DNA from: Eledone cirrhosa
Taxonomy: Eukaryota
Direction: 5' to 3'
DNA: 64,000 nt
Assembly (NCBI GenBank): GCA_964016885.1
Contig: OZ024743.1
Location: 208,630,001-208,694,000 of the forward strand
Of the stretch, positions 46,301 to 60,743 are shown one piece after another (the stretch's first letter is position 1; every line of letters begins with the position of its first letter). The position numbers were made by a program, and so were the translations under genes. The notes under the pieces are model-generated. The model did not search any database, was not told the DNA's origin, and saw only the letters and a list, made by a program, of their open reading frames with translations.

Positions 46301-49300
46301 TAGACACACATGAAATCTCTTCACTCCATAAGATATAACACAGTTTACCATCCTATAGTTACAGATGAAAGCTCTTCACCCCATAAGATATACTACAGTT
46401 TACCATCCTATAGCCACAGATGAAAGCTCTTCACTCCATAAGATATACCACAGTTTACCATCCTATAGCCGCAGATGAAAGCTCTTCACTCCATAAGATA
46501 TACCACAGTTTACCATCCTATGGCCACAGATGAAAGCTCTTCACTCCCTAAGATATACCACAGTTTACCATCCTATAGCCACACATGAAAGCTCTTCACT
46601 CCATAAGATATACCACAGTTTACCATCCTATAGCCACACATGAAAGCTCTTCACTCCATAAGATATACCACAGTTTACCATCCTATAGCCAGATGAAAGC
46701 TCTTCACTCCATAAGATATACCACAGTTTACCATCCTATGGCCACAGATGAAAGCTCTTCACTCCATAAGATATACCACAGTTTACCATCCTATAGCCGC
46801 AGATGAAAGCTCTTCACTCCATAAGATATACCACAGTTTACCATCCTATAGCCACACATGAAAGCTCTTCACTCCATAAGATATACCACAGTTTAACATC
46901 CTATAGCCAGATGAAAGTTCTTCACTCCATAAGATATACCACAGTTTACCATCCTATAGCCACAGATGAAAGCTCTTCACTCCATAACATATACTACAGT
47001 TTACCATCCTATAGGCACACATGAAAGCTCTTCACTCCATAAGATATACCACAATTTACCATCCTATAGCCACACATGAGAGCTCTTCACTCCATAAGAT
47101 ATACCACACTTTACCATCCTATAGCCACACATGACAGCTCTTCACTCCATAAGATATACCATAGTTTACGATCCTATAGCCACACATGGAAGCTCTTCAC
47201 TCCATAAGATATACCACAGTTTACCATCCTATGGCCACAGATGAAAGCTCTTCACTCCATAAGATATACCACAGTTTACCATCGTATAGCCACAGATGAA
47301 AGCTCTTCACTCCATAAGATATACCACAGTTTACCATCCTATAGCCACAGATGAAAGCTCTTCATTCTATAAGATATACCACAGTTTACCATCCTATAGC
47401 CACACATGAAAGCTCTTCACTCCATAAGATATACCACAGTTTACCATCCTATAGCCACGCATGAATGCTCTTCACTCCATAAGATATACCACAGTTTACG
47501 ATCCTATAGCCACACATGAAATCTCTTCACTCCATAAGATATACCACAGTTTACATTCCTATAGCCACACATGAAAGCTCTTCACTCCATAAGATATACC
47601 ACAGTTTACCATCCTATAGCCACACATGAAAGCTCTTCACTCCATAAGATATACCACAGTTAATCATCCTATAGCCACACATGAGAGCTCTTCACTCCAT
47701 AAGATATACCACAGTTTACCATCCTATAGCCACAGATGAAAGCTCTTCACTCCATAAGATATACCATAGTTTACCATCCGATAGCCACACATGAAAGCTC
47801 TTCACTCCATAAGATATACCACAGTTTACCATCCTATAGCCAGATGAAAGTTCTTCACTCCATAAGATATACCACAGTTTACCATCCTATAGCCACACAT
47901 GAAAGCTCTTCACTCCATAACATATACCACAGTTTACCATCCTATAGTCACACATGAGAGCTCTTCACTCCATAAGATATACCACAGTTTACCATCCTAT
48001 AGCCACACATGAAAGCTCTTCACTCCATAAGATATACCACAATCTACCATCCTATAGCCGCAGGTGAAAGCTCTTCACTCCATAAGATATACCACAGTTT
48101 ACCATCCTATAGCCACACATGAGAGCTCTTCACTCCATAAGATATACCACAGTTTACCATCCTATAGCCACAGATGAAAGCTCTTCACTCCATAAGATAT
48201 ACCACAGTTTACCATCCGATAGCCACACATGAAAGCTCTTCACTCCATAAGATATACCACAGTTTACCATCCTATAGCCACAGATGAAAGCTCTTCACTC
48301 CATAAGATATACCACAGTTTACCATCCGATAGCCACACATGAAAGCTCTTCACTCCATAAGATATACCACAGCTTACCATCCTATAGCCAGATGAAAGCT
48401 TTTCAGTCCATAAGATATACCACAGTTGACCATCCTATAGCCACAGATGAAAGCTCTTCACTCCATAAGATATACCACAGTTTACCATCCTATAGCCACA
48501 GATGAAAGCTCTTCATTCTATAAGATATACCACAGTTTACCATCTAATAGCCAAACATGAAAGCTCTTCACTCCATAAGATATACCACAGTTTACCATCC
48601 TATAGCCACACATGAAATCTCTTCACTCCATAAGATATACCACAGTTTACCATCCTATAGCCACAGATGAAAGCTCTTCACTCCATAAGATATACAACAG
48701 TTTACCATCCTATAGCCAGATGAAAGCTCTTCACTCCATAAGATATACCACAGTTTACCATCCTATAGCCACAGATGAAAGCTCTTCACTCCATAAGATA
48801 TACCACAGTTTACCATCCTATAGCCACGGATGAAAGCTCTTCACTCCATAAGATATACCACAGTTTACCATCCTATAGCCACGCCACAGATGAAAGCTCT
48901 TCACTCCATAAGATATACCTTAGTTTATCATCCTATAGCCACAGATCAAAGCTCTTCACTCCATAAGATATACCACAGTTTACCATCCTATAGCCACACA
49001 TGAAAGCTCTTCACTCCATAAGATATACCACAGTTTACCATCCTATAGCCAGATGAAATTCTTCACTCCATAAGATATACCACAGTTTACCATCCTATAG
49101 CCACACATGAAAGCTCTTCACTCAATAAGATATACCACAGTTTACCATCCTATAGTCACAAATGAAAGCTCTTCACTCCATAAGATATACCAAAGTTTAC
49201 CATCCTATAGCCAGATGAAAGCTCTTCACTCCATAAGTTATACCACAGTTTACCATCCTATAGCCACACATGAAAGCTCTTCAGTCCACAAGATATAATA

Positions 49301-50202
49301 CAGTTTACCATCCTATAGCCACAGATGAAAGCTCTTCACTCCATAAGATATACCACAGTTTACCATCCTATAGACACACATGAAATCTCTTCACTGCATA
49401 AGATATAACACAGTTTACCATCCTATAGTTACAGAGGAAAGCTCTTCACTCCATAAGATATACGACAGTTTACCATCCTATAGCCGCAGATGAAAGCTCT
49501 TCACTCCATAAGATATACCACAGTTTACCATCCTATGGCCACAGATGAAAGCTCTTCACTCCCTAAGATATACCACAGTTTACCATCCTATAGCCACACA
49601 TGAAAGCTCTTCACTCCATAAGATATCCCACAGTTTACCATCCTATGGCCACAGATGAAAGCTCTTCACTCCATAAGATATACCACAGTTTACCATCCTA
49701 TAGCCTCAGATGAAAGCTCTTCACTCCATAAGATATACCACAGTTTACCATCCTATGGCCACAGATGAAAGCTCTTCACTCCATAAGATATACCATAGTT
49801 TACCATCCTATAGCCACACATGAAAGCTCTTCACTCCATAAGATGTACCACAGTTTACCATCCTATAGCCAGATGAAAGCTCTTCACTCCATAAGATATA
49901 CCACAGTTTACCATCCTATAGCCACAGATGAAAGCTCTTCACTCCATAACATGTACTACAGTTTACCATCCTATAGGCACACATGAAAGCTCTTCACTCC
50001 ATAAGATATACCACAATTTACCATCCTATAGCCACACATGAGAGCTCTTCACTCCATAAGATATACCACAGTTTACCATCCTATAGCCACACATGAAAGC
50101 TCTTCACTCCATAAGATATACCACAGTTTACCATCCTATAGCCACAGATGAAAGCTCTTCACTCCATAAGATATACCATAGTTTACCATCCGATAGCCAC
50201 AC

Positions 50203-52058
50203 ATGAAAGCTCTTCACTCCATAAGATATACCACAGTTTACCATCCTATAGCCAGATGAAAGTTCTTTACTCCATAAGATATACCACAGTTTACCATCCT
50301 ATAGCCACACATGAAAGCTCTTCACCCCATAACATATACCACAGTTTACCATCCTATAGTCACACATGAGAGCTCTTCACTCCATAAGATATACCACAGT
50401 TTACCATCCTATAGCCACACATGAAAGCTCTTCACTCCATAAGATATACCACAATTTACCATCCTATAGCCACAGGTGAAAGCTCTTCACTCCATAAGAT
50501 ATACCACAGTTTACCATCCTATAGCCACAGATGAAAGCTCTTCACTCCACAACATATACCACAGTTTACCATCCTATAGCCACACATGAGAGCTCTTCAC
50601 TCCATGAGATATACCACAGTTTACCATCCTATAGCCACACATGAAAGCTCTTCACTCCATAAGATATACCACAGTTTACCATCCGATAGCCACACATGAA
50701 AGCTCTTCACTCCATAAGATATACCACAGCTTACCATCCTATAGCCAGATGAAAGCTTTTCACTCCATAAGATATAACACAGTTTACCATCCTATAGCCA
50801 CAGATGAAAGCTCTTCACTCCATAAGATATACCACAGTTTACCATCCTATAGCCACAGATGAAAGCTCTTCATTCTATAAGATATACCACAGTTTACCAT
50901 CTAATAGCCAAACATGAAAGCTCTTCACTCCATAAGATATACCACAGTTTACCATCCTATAGCCACACATGGAAGCTCTTCACTCCATAAGATATACCAC
51001 AGTTTACCATCCTATAGCCACAGATGAAAGCTCTTCACTCCATAAGATATACCACAGTTTACCATCCTATAGCCAGATGAAAGCTCTTCACTCCATAAGA
51101 TATACCACAGTTTACCATCCTATAGCCACAGATGAAAGCTCTTCACTCCATAAGATATACCACAGTTTACCATCCTATAGCCAGATGAAAGTTCTTTACT
51201 CCATAAGATATACCACAGTTTACCATCCTATAGCCACACATGAAAGCTCTTCACCCCATAACATATACCACAGTTTACCATCCTATAGTCACACATGAGA
51301 GCTCTTCACTCCATAAGATATACCACAGTTTACCATCCTATAGCCACACATGAAAGCTCTTCACTCCATAAGAAATACCACAATTTACCATCCTATAGCC
51401 ACAGGTGAAAGCTCTTCACTCCATAAGATATACCACAGTTTACCATCCTATAGCCACAGATGAAAGCTCTTCACTCCACAACATATACCACAGTTTACCA
51501 TCCTATAGCCACACATGAGAGCTCTTCACTCCATGAGATATACCACAGTTTACCATCCTATAGCCACAGATGAAAGCTCTTCACTCCATAAGATATACCA
51601 CAGTTTACCATCCGATAGCCACACATGAAAGCTCTTCACTCCATAAGATATACCACAGCTTACCATCCTATAGCCAGATGAAAGCTTTTCACTCCATAAG
51701 ATATAACACAGTTTACCATCCTATAGCCACAGATGAAAGCTCTTCACTCCATAAGATATACCACAGTTTACCATCCTATAGCCACAGATGAAAGCTCTTC
51801 ATTCTATAAGATATACCACAGTTTACCATCTAATAGCCAAACATGAAAGCTCTTCACTCCATAAGATATACCACAGTTTACCATCCTATAGCCACACATG
51901 GAAGCTCTTCACTCCATAAGATATACCACAGTTTACCATCCTATAGCCACAGATGAAAGCTCTTCACTCCATAAGATATACCACAGTTTACCATCCTATA
52001 GCCAGATGAAAGCTCTTCACTCCATAAGATATACCACAGTTTACCATCCTATAGCCAC
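50203..52058 (+). repeat. Tandem duplication of a 929-bp block (17 monomers)
   Basis: ORF pairs 50641/51570 and 50969/51898. 929 = 17x55 - 6 (three 53-mers). Shared GTTCTTTAC and CACCCCATAAC variants. Confidence 0.9.
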
Positions 52059-55000
52059 GCATGAAAGCTCTTCACTCCATAAGATATACCTAAGATTACC
52101 ATCCTATAGCCACACATGAAAGCTCTTCACTCCATAAGATATACCACAGTTTACCATCCTATAGTCACACATAAGAGCTCTTCACTCCATAAGATATACC
52201 ACAGTTTACCATCCTATAGCCACAGATGAAAGCTCTTCACTCCATAACATATACCACAGTTTACCATCCTATAGCCACACATGAGAGCTCTTCACTCCAT
52301 AAGATATACCACAGTTTACCATCCTATAGCCACACATGAAAGCTCTTCAATCCATAAGATATACCACAGTTTACCATCCTATAGCCAGATGAAAGCTTTT
52401 CACTCCATAAGATATACCACAGTTTACCATCCTATAGCCACACATGAAAGCTCTTCACTCCATAAGATATACCACAGTTTATCATCCTATAGCCACAGAT
52501 GAAAGCTCTTCACTCCATAAGATATACCACAGTTTACCATCCTATAGCCACAGATGAAAGCTCTTCACTCCATAAGATATACCACAGTTTACCATCCTAT
52601 GGCCAGAGATGAAAGCTCTTCACTCCATAGGATATACCACAGTTTACCATCCTATAGCCACACATGAAAGCTCTTCACTCCATAAGTTATACCACAGTTT
52701 ACCATCCTAGAGTCACACATGAGAGCTCTTCACTCCATAAGATATAACACAGATTACCATCCTATAGCCACACATGAAAGCTCTTCACTCCATAAGATAA
52801 ACCACAGTTTACCATCCTATAGCCAGATGAAAGCTCTTCACTCCATAAGATATACCACAGTTTACCATCCTATAGCCACAGATGAAAGCTCTTCACTCCA
52901 TAAGATATACCACAGTTTACCATCCTATAGCCACGCCACGGATGAAAGCTCTTCACTCAATAAGATATACCATAGTTTACCATCCTATAGCCACGCCACG
53001 GATGAAAGCTCTTCACTCCATCAGATATACCTCAGTTTACCATCCTATAGCCACAGATCAAAGCTCTTCACTCCCTAAGATATACCACAGTTTACCATCC
53101 TATAGCCACACATGAAAGCTCTTCACTCCATAAGATATACCACAGTTTACCATCCTATAGCCACAGATGAAAGCTCTTCACTCCATAAGATATACCACAG
53201 TTTACCATCCTATAGCCCCACATGGAAGCTCTTCACTCCATGAGATATACCACAGTTTACCATCCTATAGCCACACATGAAAGCTCTTCACTCCATAAGA
53301 TATACCACAGTTTACCATCCTATAGCCAGATGAAAGCTCTTCACTCCATAAGATATACCACAGTTTACCATCCTATAGCCACACATGAAAGCTCTTCACT
53401 CCATAAGATATACCACAATTTACCATCCTATAGCCACACATGAAAGCTCTTCACTCAATAAGATATTCCACAGTTTACCATCCTATAGCCACAAATGAAA
53501 GCTCTTCACTCCATAAGATATACCACAGTTTACCATCCTATAGCCACAGATGAAAGCTCTTCACTCCATAAGATATACCACAGTTTACCATCCTATAGCC
53601 ACACATGAAAGCTCTTCAGTCCACAAGATATAACACAGTTTACCATCCTATAGCCACAGATGAAAGCTCTTCACTCCATAAGATATACTACAGTTTACCA
53701 TCCTATAGCCACAAATGAAATCTCTTCACTCCATAAGATATAACACAGTTTACCATCCTATAGTTACAGATGAAAGCTCTTCACCCCATAAGATAGACTA
53801 CAGTTTACCATCCTATAGCCACAGAAGAAAGCTCTTCACTCCATAAGATATACGACAGTTTACCATCCTATAGCCGCAGATGAAAGCTCTTCACTCCATA
53901 AGATATACCACAGTTTACCATCCTATGGCCACAGATGAAAGCTCTTCACTTCATAAGATATACCACAGTTTACCATCCTATAGCCACACATGAAAGCTCT
54001 TCACTCCATAAGATATACCACAGTTTACCATCCTATAGCCAGATGAAAGCTCTTCACTCCATAAGATATACCACAGTTTACCATCCTATAGCCAGATGAA
54101 AGCTCTTCACTCCATAAGATATACCACAGTTTACCATCCTATGGCCACAGATGAAAGCTCTTCACTCCATAAGATATACCACAGTTTACCATCCTATAGC
54201 CGCAGATGAAAGCTCTTCACTCCATAAGATATACCACAGTTTACCATCCTATGGCCACAGATGAAAGCTCTTCACTCCATAAGATATACCACAGTTTACC
54301 ATCCTATAGCCACACATGAAAGCTCTTCACTCCATAAGATATACCACAGTTTACCATCCTATAGCCAGATGAAAGCTCTTCACTCCATAAGATATACCAC
54401 AGTTTACTATCCTATAGCCACAGATGAAAGCTCTTCACTCCATAACATATACTACAGTTTACCATCCTATAGGCACACATGAAAGCTTTCACTCAATAAG
54501 ATATACCACATTTTACCATCCTATAGCCACAAATGAAAGCTCTTCACTCTATAAGATATACCACAGTTTACCATCCTATAGCCACACATGAGAGCTCTTC
54601 ACTCCATAAGATATACCACAGTTTATCATCCTATAGCCACACATGAGAGCTCTTCACTCTATAAGATATACCACAGTTTACCATCCTATAGCCACACATG
54701 GAAGCTCTTCACTCCATGATATATACCACAGTTTACCATCCTATAGCCACACATGAAAGCTCTTCACTCCATAAGATATACCACAGTTTACAACCCTATA
54801 GCCACACATGAAAGCTCTTCACTCCATCAGATATACCACAATTTACCATCCTATAGCCACACATGAAAGCTCTTCACTCAATAAGATATACCACAGTTTA
54901 CCATCCTATAGCCACAAATGAAAGCTCTTCACTCCATAAGATATACCAAAGTTTACCGTGCTATAGCCAGATGAAAGCTCTTCACTCCATAAGATATACC

Positions 55001-58000
55001 ACAGTTTACCATCCTATAACCACACATGAAAGCTCTTCACTCCATAAGATATAACACAGTTTACCATCCTATAGCCACAGATGAAAGCTCTTCACTCCAT
55101 AAGATATACCACAGTTTACAATCCTATAGTCACACATGAAAGCTCTTCACTCCATAAGATATACCACAGTTTACCATCCTATAGCCACACATGAAAGCTC
55201 TTCACTCCATAAGATATACCACAGTTTACCATCCTATAGCCACACATGGAAGCTCTTCACTCCATGAGATATACCACAGTTTACCATCCTATAGCCACAC
55301 ATGAAAGCTTTTCATTCCATAAGATATACCACAGTTTACCATCCAATAGCCAGATGAAAGCTCTTCACTCCATAAGATATACCACAGTTTACCATCCTAT
55401 AGCCACAAATGAAAGCTCTTCACTCCATAAGATATACCCCAGTTTACCATCCTATAGCCAGATGAAAGCTCTTCACTCCATGAGATATACCACAGTTTAC
55501 CATCCTATAGCCACACATGAAAGCTTTTCATTCCATAAGATATACCACAGTTTACCATCCTATAGCCAGATAAAAGCTCTTCACTCCATAAGAAATACCA
55601 CAGTTTACCATCCTATAGCCACACATGAAAGCTCTTCACTCCATAAGATATACCACAGTTTACCATCCTATAGCCACAGATGAAAGCTCTTCACTCCATA
55701 AGATATACCACAGTTTACCATCCTATAGCCACGCCACGGATGAAAGCTCTTCACTCCATAAGATATACCATAGTTTACCATCCTATAGCCACGCCACGGA
55801 TGAAAGCTCTTCACTCCATCAGATATACCTCAGTTTACCATCCTATAGCCACAGATCAAAGCTCTTCACTCCATAAGATATACCACAGTTTACCATCCTA
55901 TAGCCACACATGAAAGCTCTTCACTCCATAAGATATACCACAGTTTACCATCCTATAGCCACAGATGAAAGCTCTTCACTCCATAAGATATACCACAGTT
56001 TACCATCCTATAGCCCCACATGGAAGCTCTTCACTCCATGAGATATACCACAGTTTACCATCCTATAGCCACAGATGAAAGCTCTTCACTCCACAACATA
56101 TACCACAGTTTACCATCCTATAGCCACACATGAGAGCTCTTCACTCCATGAGATATACCACAGTTTACCATCCTATAGCCACAGATGAAAGCTCTTCACT
56201 CCATAAGATATACCACAGTTTACCATCCGATAGCCACACATGAAAGCTCTTCACTCCATAAGATATACCACAGCTTACCATCCTATAGCCAGATGAAAGC
56301 TTTTCACTCCATAAGATATAACACAGTTTACCATCCTATAGCCACAGATGAAAGCTCTTCACTCCATAAGATATACCACAGTTTACCATCCTATAGCCAC
56401 AGATGAAAGCTCTTCATTCTATAAGATATACCACAGTTTACCATCTAATAGCCAAACATGAAAGCTCTTCACTCCATAAGATATACCACAGTTTACCATC
56501 CTATAGCCACACATGGAAGCTCTTCACTCCATAAGATATACCACAGTTTACCATCCTATAGCCACAGATGAAAGCTCTTCACTCCATAAGATATACCACA
56601 GTTTACCATCCTATAGCCAGATGAAAGCTCTTCACTCCATAAGATATACCACAGTTTACCATCCTATAGCCACGCATGAAAGCTCTTCACTCCATAAGAT
56701 ATACCTAAGATTACCATCCTATAGCCACACATGAAAGCTCTTCACTCCATAAGATATACCACAGTTTACCATCCTATAGTCACACATAAGAGCTCTTCAC
56801 TCCATAAGATATACCACAGTTTACCATCCTATAGCCACAGATGAAAGCTCTTCACTCCATAACATATACCACAGTTTACCATCCTATAGCCACACATGAG
56901 AGCTCTTCACTCCATAAGATATACCACAGTTTACCATCCTATAGCCACACATGAAAGCTCTTCAATCCATAAGATATACCACAGTTTACCATCCTATAGC
57001 CAGATGAAAGCTTTTCACTCCATAAGATATACCACAGTTTACCATCCTATAGCCACACATGAAAGCTCTTCACTCCATAAGATATACCACAGTTTATCAT
57101 CCTATAGCCACAGATGAAAGCTCTTCACTCCATAAGATATACCACAGTTTACCATCCTATAGCCACAGATGAAAGCTCTTCACTCCATAAGATATACCAC
57201 AGTTTACCATCCTATGGCCAGAGATGAAAGCTCTTCACTCCATAGGATATACCACAGTTTACCATCCTATAGCCACACATGAAAGCTCTTCACTCCATAA
57301 GTTATACCACAGTTTACCATCCTAGAGTCACACATGAGAGCTCTTCACTCCATAAGATATAACACAGATTACCATCCTATAGCCACACATGAAAGCTCTT
57401 CACTCCATAAGATAAACCACAGTTTACCATCCTATAGCCAGATGAAAGCTCTTCACTCCATAAGATATACCACAGTTTACCATCCTATAGCCACAGATGA
57501 AAGCTCTTCACTCCATAAGATATACCACAGTTTACCATCCTATAGCCACGCCACGGATGAAAGCTCTTCACTCAATAAGATATACCATAGTTTACCATCC
57601 TATAGCCACGCCACGGATGAAAGCTCTTCACTCCATCAGATATACCTCAGTTTACCATCCTATAGCCACAGATCAAAGCTCTTCACTCCCTAAGATATAC
57701 CACAGTTTACCATCCTATAGCCACACATGAAAGCTCTTCACTCCATAAGATATACCACAGTTTACCATCCTATAGCCACAGATGAAAGCTCTTCACTCCA
57801 TAAGATATACCACAGTTTACCATCCTATAGCCCCACATGGAAGCTCTTCACTCCATGAGATATACCACAGTTTACCATCCTATAGCCACACATGAAAGCT
57901 CTTCACTCCATAAGATATACCACAGTTTACCATCCTATAGCCAGATGAAAGCTCTTCACTCCATAAGATATACCACAGTTTACCATCCTATAGCCACACA

Positions 58001-60743
58001 TGAAAGCTCTTCACTCCATAAGATATACCACAATTTACCATCCTATAGCCACACATGAAAGCTCTTCACTCAATAAGATATTCCACAGTTTACCATCCTA
58101 TAGCCACAAATGAAAGCTCTTCACTCCATAAGATATACCACAGTTTACCATCCTATAGCCACAGATGAAAGCTCTTCACTCCATAAGATATACCACAGTT
58201 TACCATCCTATAGCCACACATGAAAGCTCTTCAGTCCACAAGATATAACACAGTTTACCATCCTATAGCCACAGATGAAAGCTCTTCACTCCATAAGATA
58301 TACTACAGTTTACCATCCTATAGCCACAAATGAAATCTCTTCACTCCATAAGATATAACACAGTTTACCATCCTATAGTTACAGATGAAAGCTCTTCACC
58401 CCATAAGATAGACTACAGTTTACCATCCTATAGCCACAGAAGAAAGCTCTTCACTCCATAAGATATACGACAGTTTACCATCCTATAGCCGCAGATGAAA
58501 GCTCTTCACTCCATAAGATATACCACAGTTTACCATCCTATGGCCACAGATGAAAGCTCTTCACTCCATAAGATATACCACAGTTTACCATCCTATAGCC
58601 ACACATGAAAGCTCTTCACTCCATAAGATATACCACAGTTTACCATCCTATAGCCAGATGAAAGCTCTTCACTCCATAAGATATACCACAGTTTACCATC
58701 CTATAGCCAGATGAAAGCTCTTCACTCCATAAGATATACCACAGTTTACCATCCTATGGCCACAGATGAAAGCTCTTCACTCCATAAGATATACCACAGT
58801 TTACCATCCTATAGCCGCAGATGAAAGCTCTTCACTCCATAAGATATACCACAGTTTACCATCCTATGGCCACAGATGAAAGCTCTTCACTCCATAAGAT
58901 ATACCACAGTTTACCATCCTATAGCCACACATGAAAGCTCTTCACTCCATAAGATATACCACAGTTTACCATCCTATAGCCAGATGAAAGCTCTTCACTC
59001 CATAAGATATACCACAGTTTACTATCCTATAGCCACAGATGAAAGCTCTTCACTCCATAACATATACTACAGTTTACCATCCTATAGGCACACATGAAAG
59101 CTTTCACTCAATAAGATATACCACATTTTACCATCCTATAGCCACAAATGAAAGCTCTTCACTCTATAAGATATACCACAGTTTACCATCCTATAGCCAC
59201 ACATGAGAGCTCTTCACTCCATAAGATATACCACAGTTTATCATCCTATAGCCACACATGAGAGCTCTTCACTCTATAAGATATACCACAGTTTACCATC
59301 CTATAGCCACACATGGAAGCTCTTCACTCCATGATATATACCACAGTTTACCATCCTATAGCCACACATGAAAGCTCTTCACTCCATAAGATATACCACA
59401 GTTTACAACCCTATAGCCACACATGAAAGCTCTTCACTCCATCAGATATACCACAATTTACCATCCTATAGCCACACATGAAAGCTCTTCACTCCATAAG
59501 ATATACCACAGTTTACAACCCTATAGCCACACATGAAAGCTCTTCACTCCATCAGATATACCACAGTTTACCATCCTATAGCCACAAATGAAAGCTCTTC
59601 ACTCCATAAGATATACCAAAGTTTACCGTGCTATAGCCAGATGAAAGCTCTTCACTCCATAAGATATACCACAGTTTACCATCCTATAACCACACATGAA
59701 AGCTCTTCACTCCATAAGATATAACACAGTTTACCATCCTATAGCCACAGATGAAAGCTCTTCACTCCATAAGATATACCACAGTTTACAATCCTATAGT
59801 CACACATGAAAGCTCTTCACTCCATAAGATATACCACAGTTTACCATCCTATAGCCACACATGAAAGCTCTTCACTCCATAAGATATACCACAGTTTACC
59901 ATCCTATAGCCACACATGGAAGCTCTTCACTCCATGAGATATACCACAGTTTACCATCCTATAGCCACACATGAAAGCTTTTCATTCCATAAGATATACC
60001 ACAGTTTACCATCCAATAGCCAGATGAAAGCTCTTCACTCCATAAGATATACCACAGTTTACCATCCTATAGCCACAAATGAAAGCTCTTCACTCCATAA
60101 GATATACCCCAGTTTACCATCCTATAGCCAGATGAAAGCTCTTCACTCCATGAGATATACCACAGTTTACCATCCTATAGCCACACATGAAAGCTTTTCA
60201 TTCCATAAGATATACCACAGTTTACCATCCTATAGCCAGATAAAAGCTCTTCACTCCATAAGAAATACCACAGTTTACCATCCTATAGCCACACATGAAA
60301 GCTCTTCACTCCATAAGATATACCACAGTTTACCATCCTATAGCCACAGATGAAAGCTCTTCACTCCATAAGATATACCACAGTTTACCATCCTATAGCC
60401 ACGCCACGGATGAAAGCTCTTCACTCCATAAGATATACCATAGTTTACCATCCTATAGCCACGCCACGGATGAAAGCTCTTCACTCCATCAGATATACCT
60501 CAGTTTACCATCCTATAGCCACAGATCAAAGCTCTTCACTCCATAAGATATACCACAGTTTACCATCCTATAGCCACACATGAAAGCTCTTCACTCCATA
60601 AGATATACCACAGTTTACCATCCTATAGCCACAGATGAAAGCTCTTCACTCCATAAGATATACCACAGTTTACCATCCTATAGCCCCACATGGAAGCTCT
60701 TCACTCCATGAGATATACCACAGTTTACCATCCTATAGCCACA
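51426..60743 (+). repeat. Tandem duplication of a ~4.6-kb block (offset 4615, becoming 4670 after a net one-monomer gain near 59.4-59.5 kb)
   Basis: ORF pairs 51570/56185, 52281/56896, 52719/57334 and 54261/58876 at offset 4615; 54863/59533, 55246/59916 and 55625/60295 at offset 4670. Confidence 0.93.
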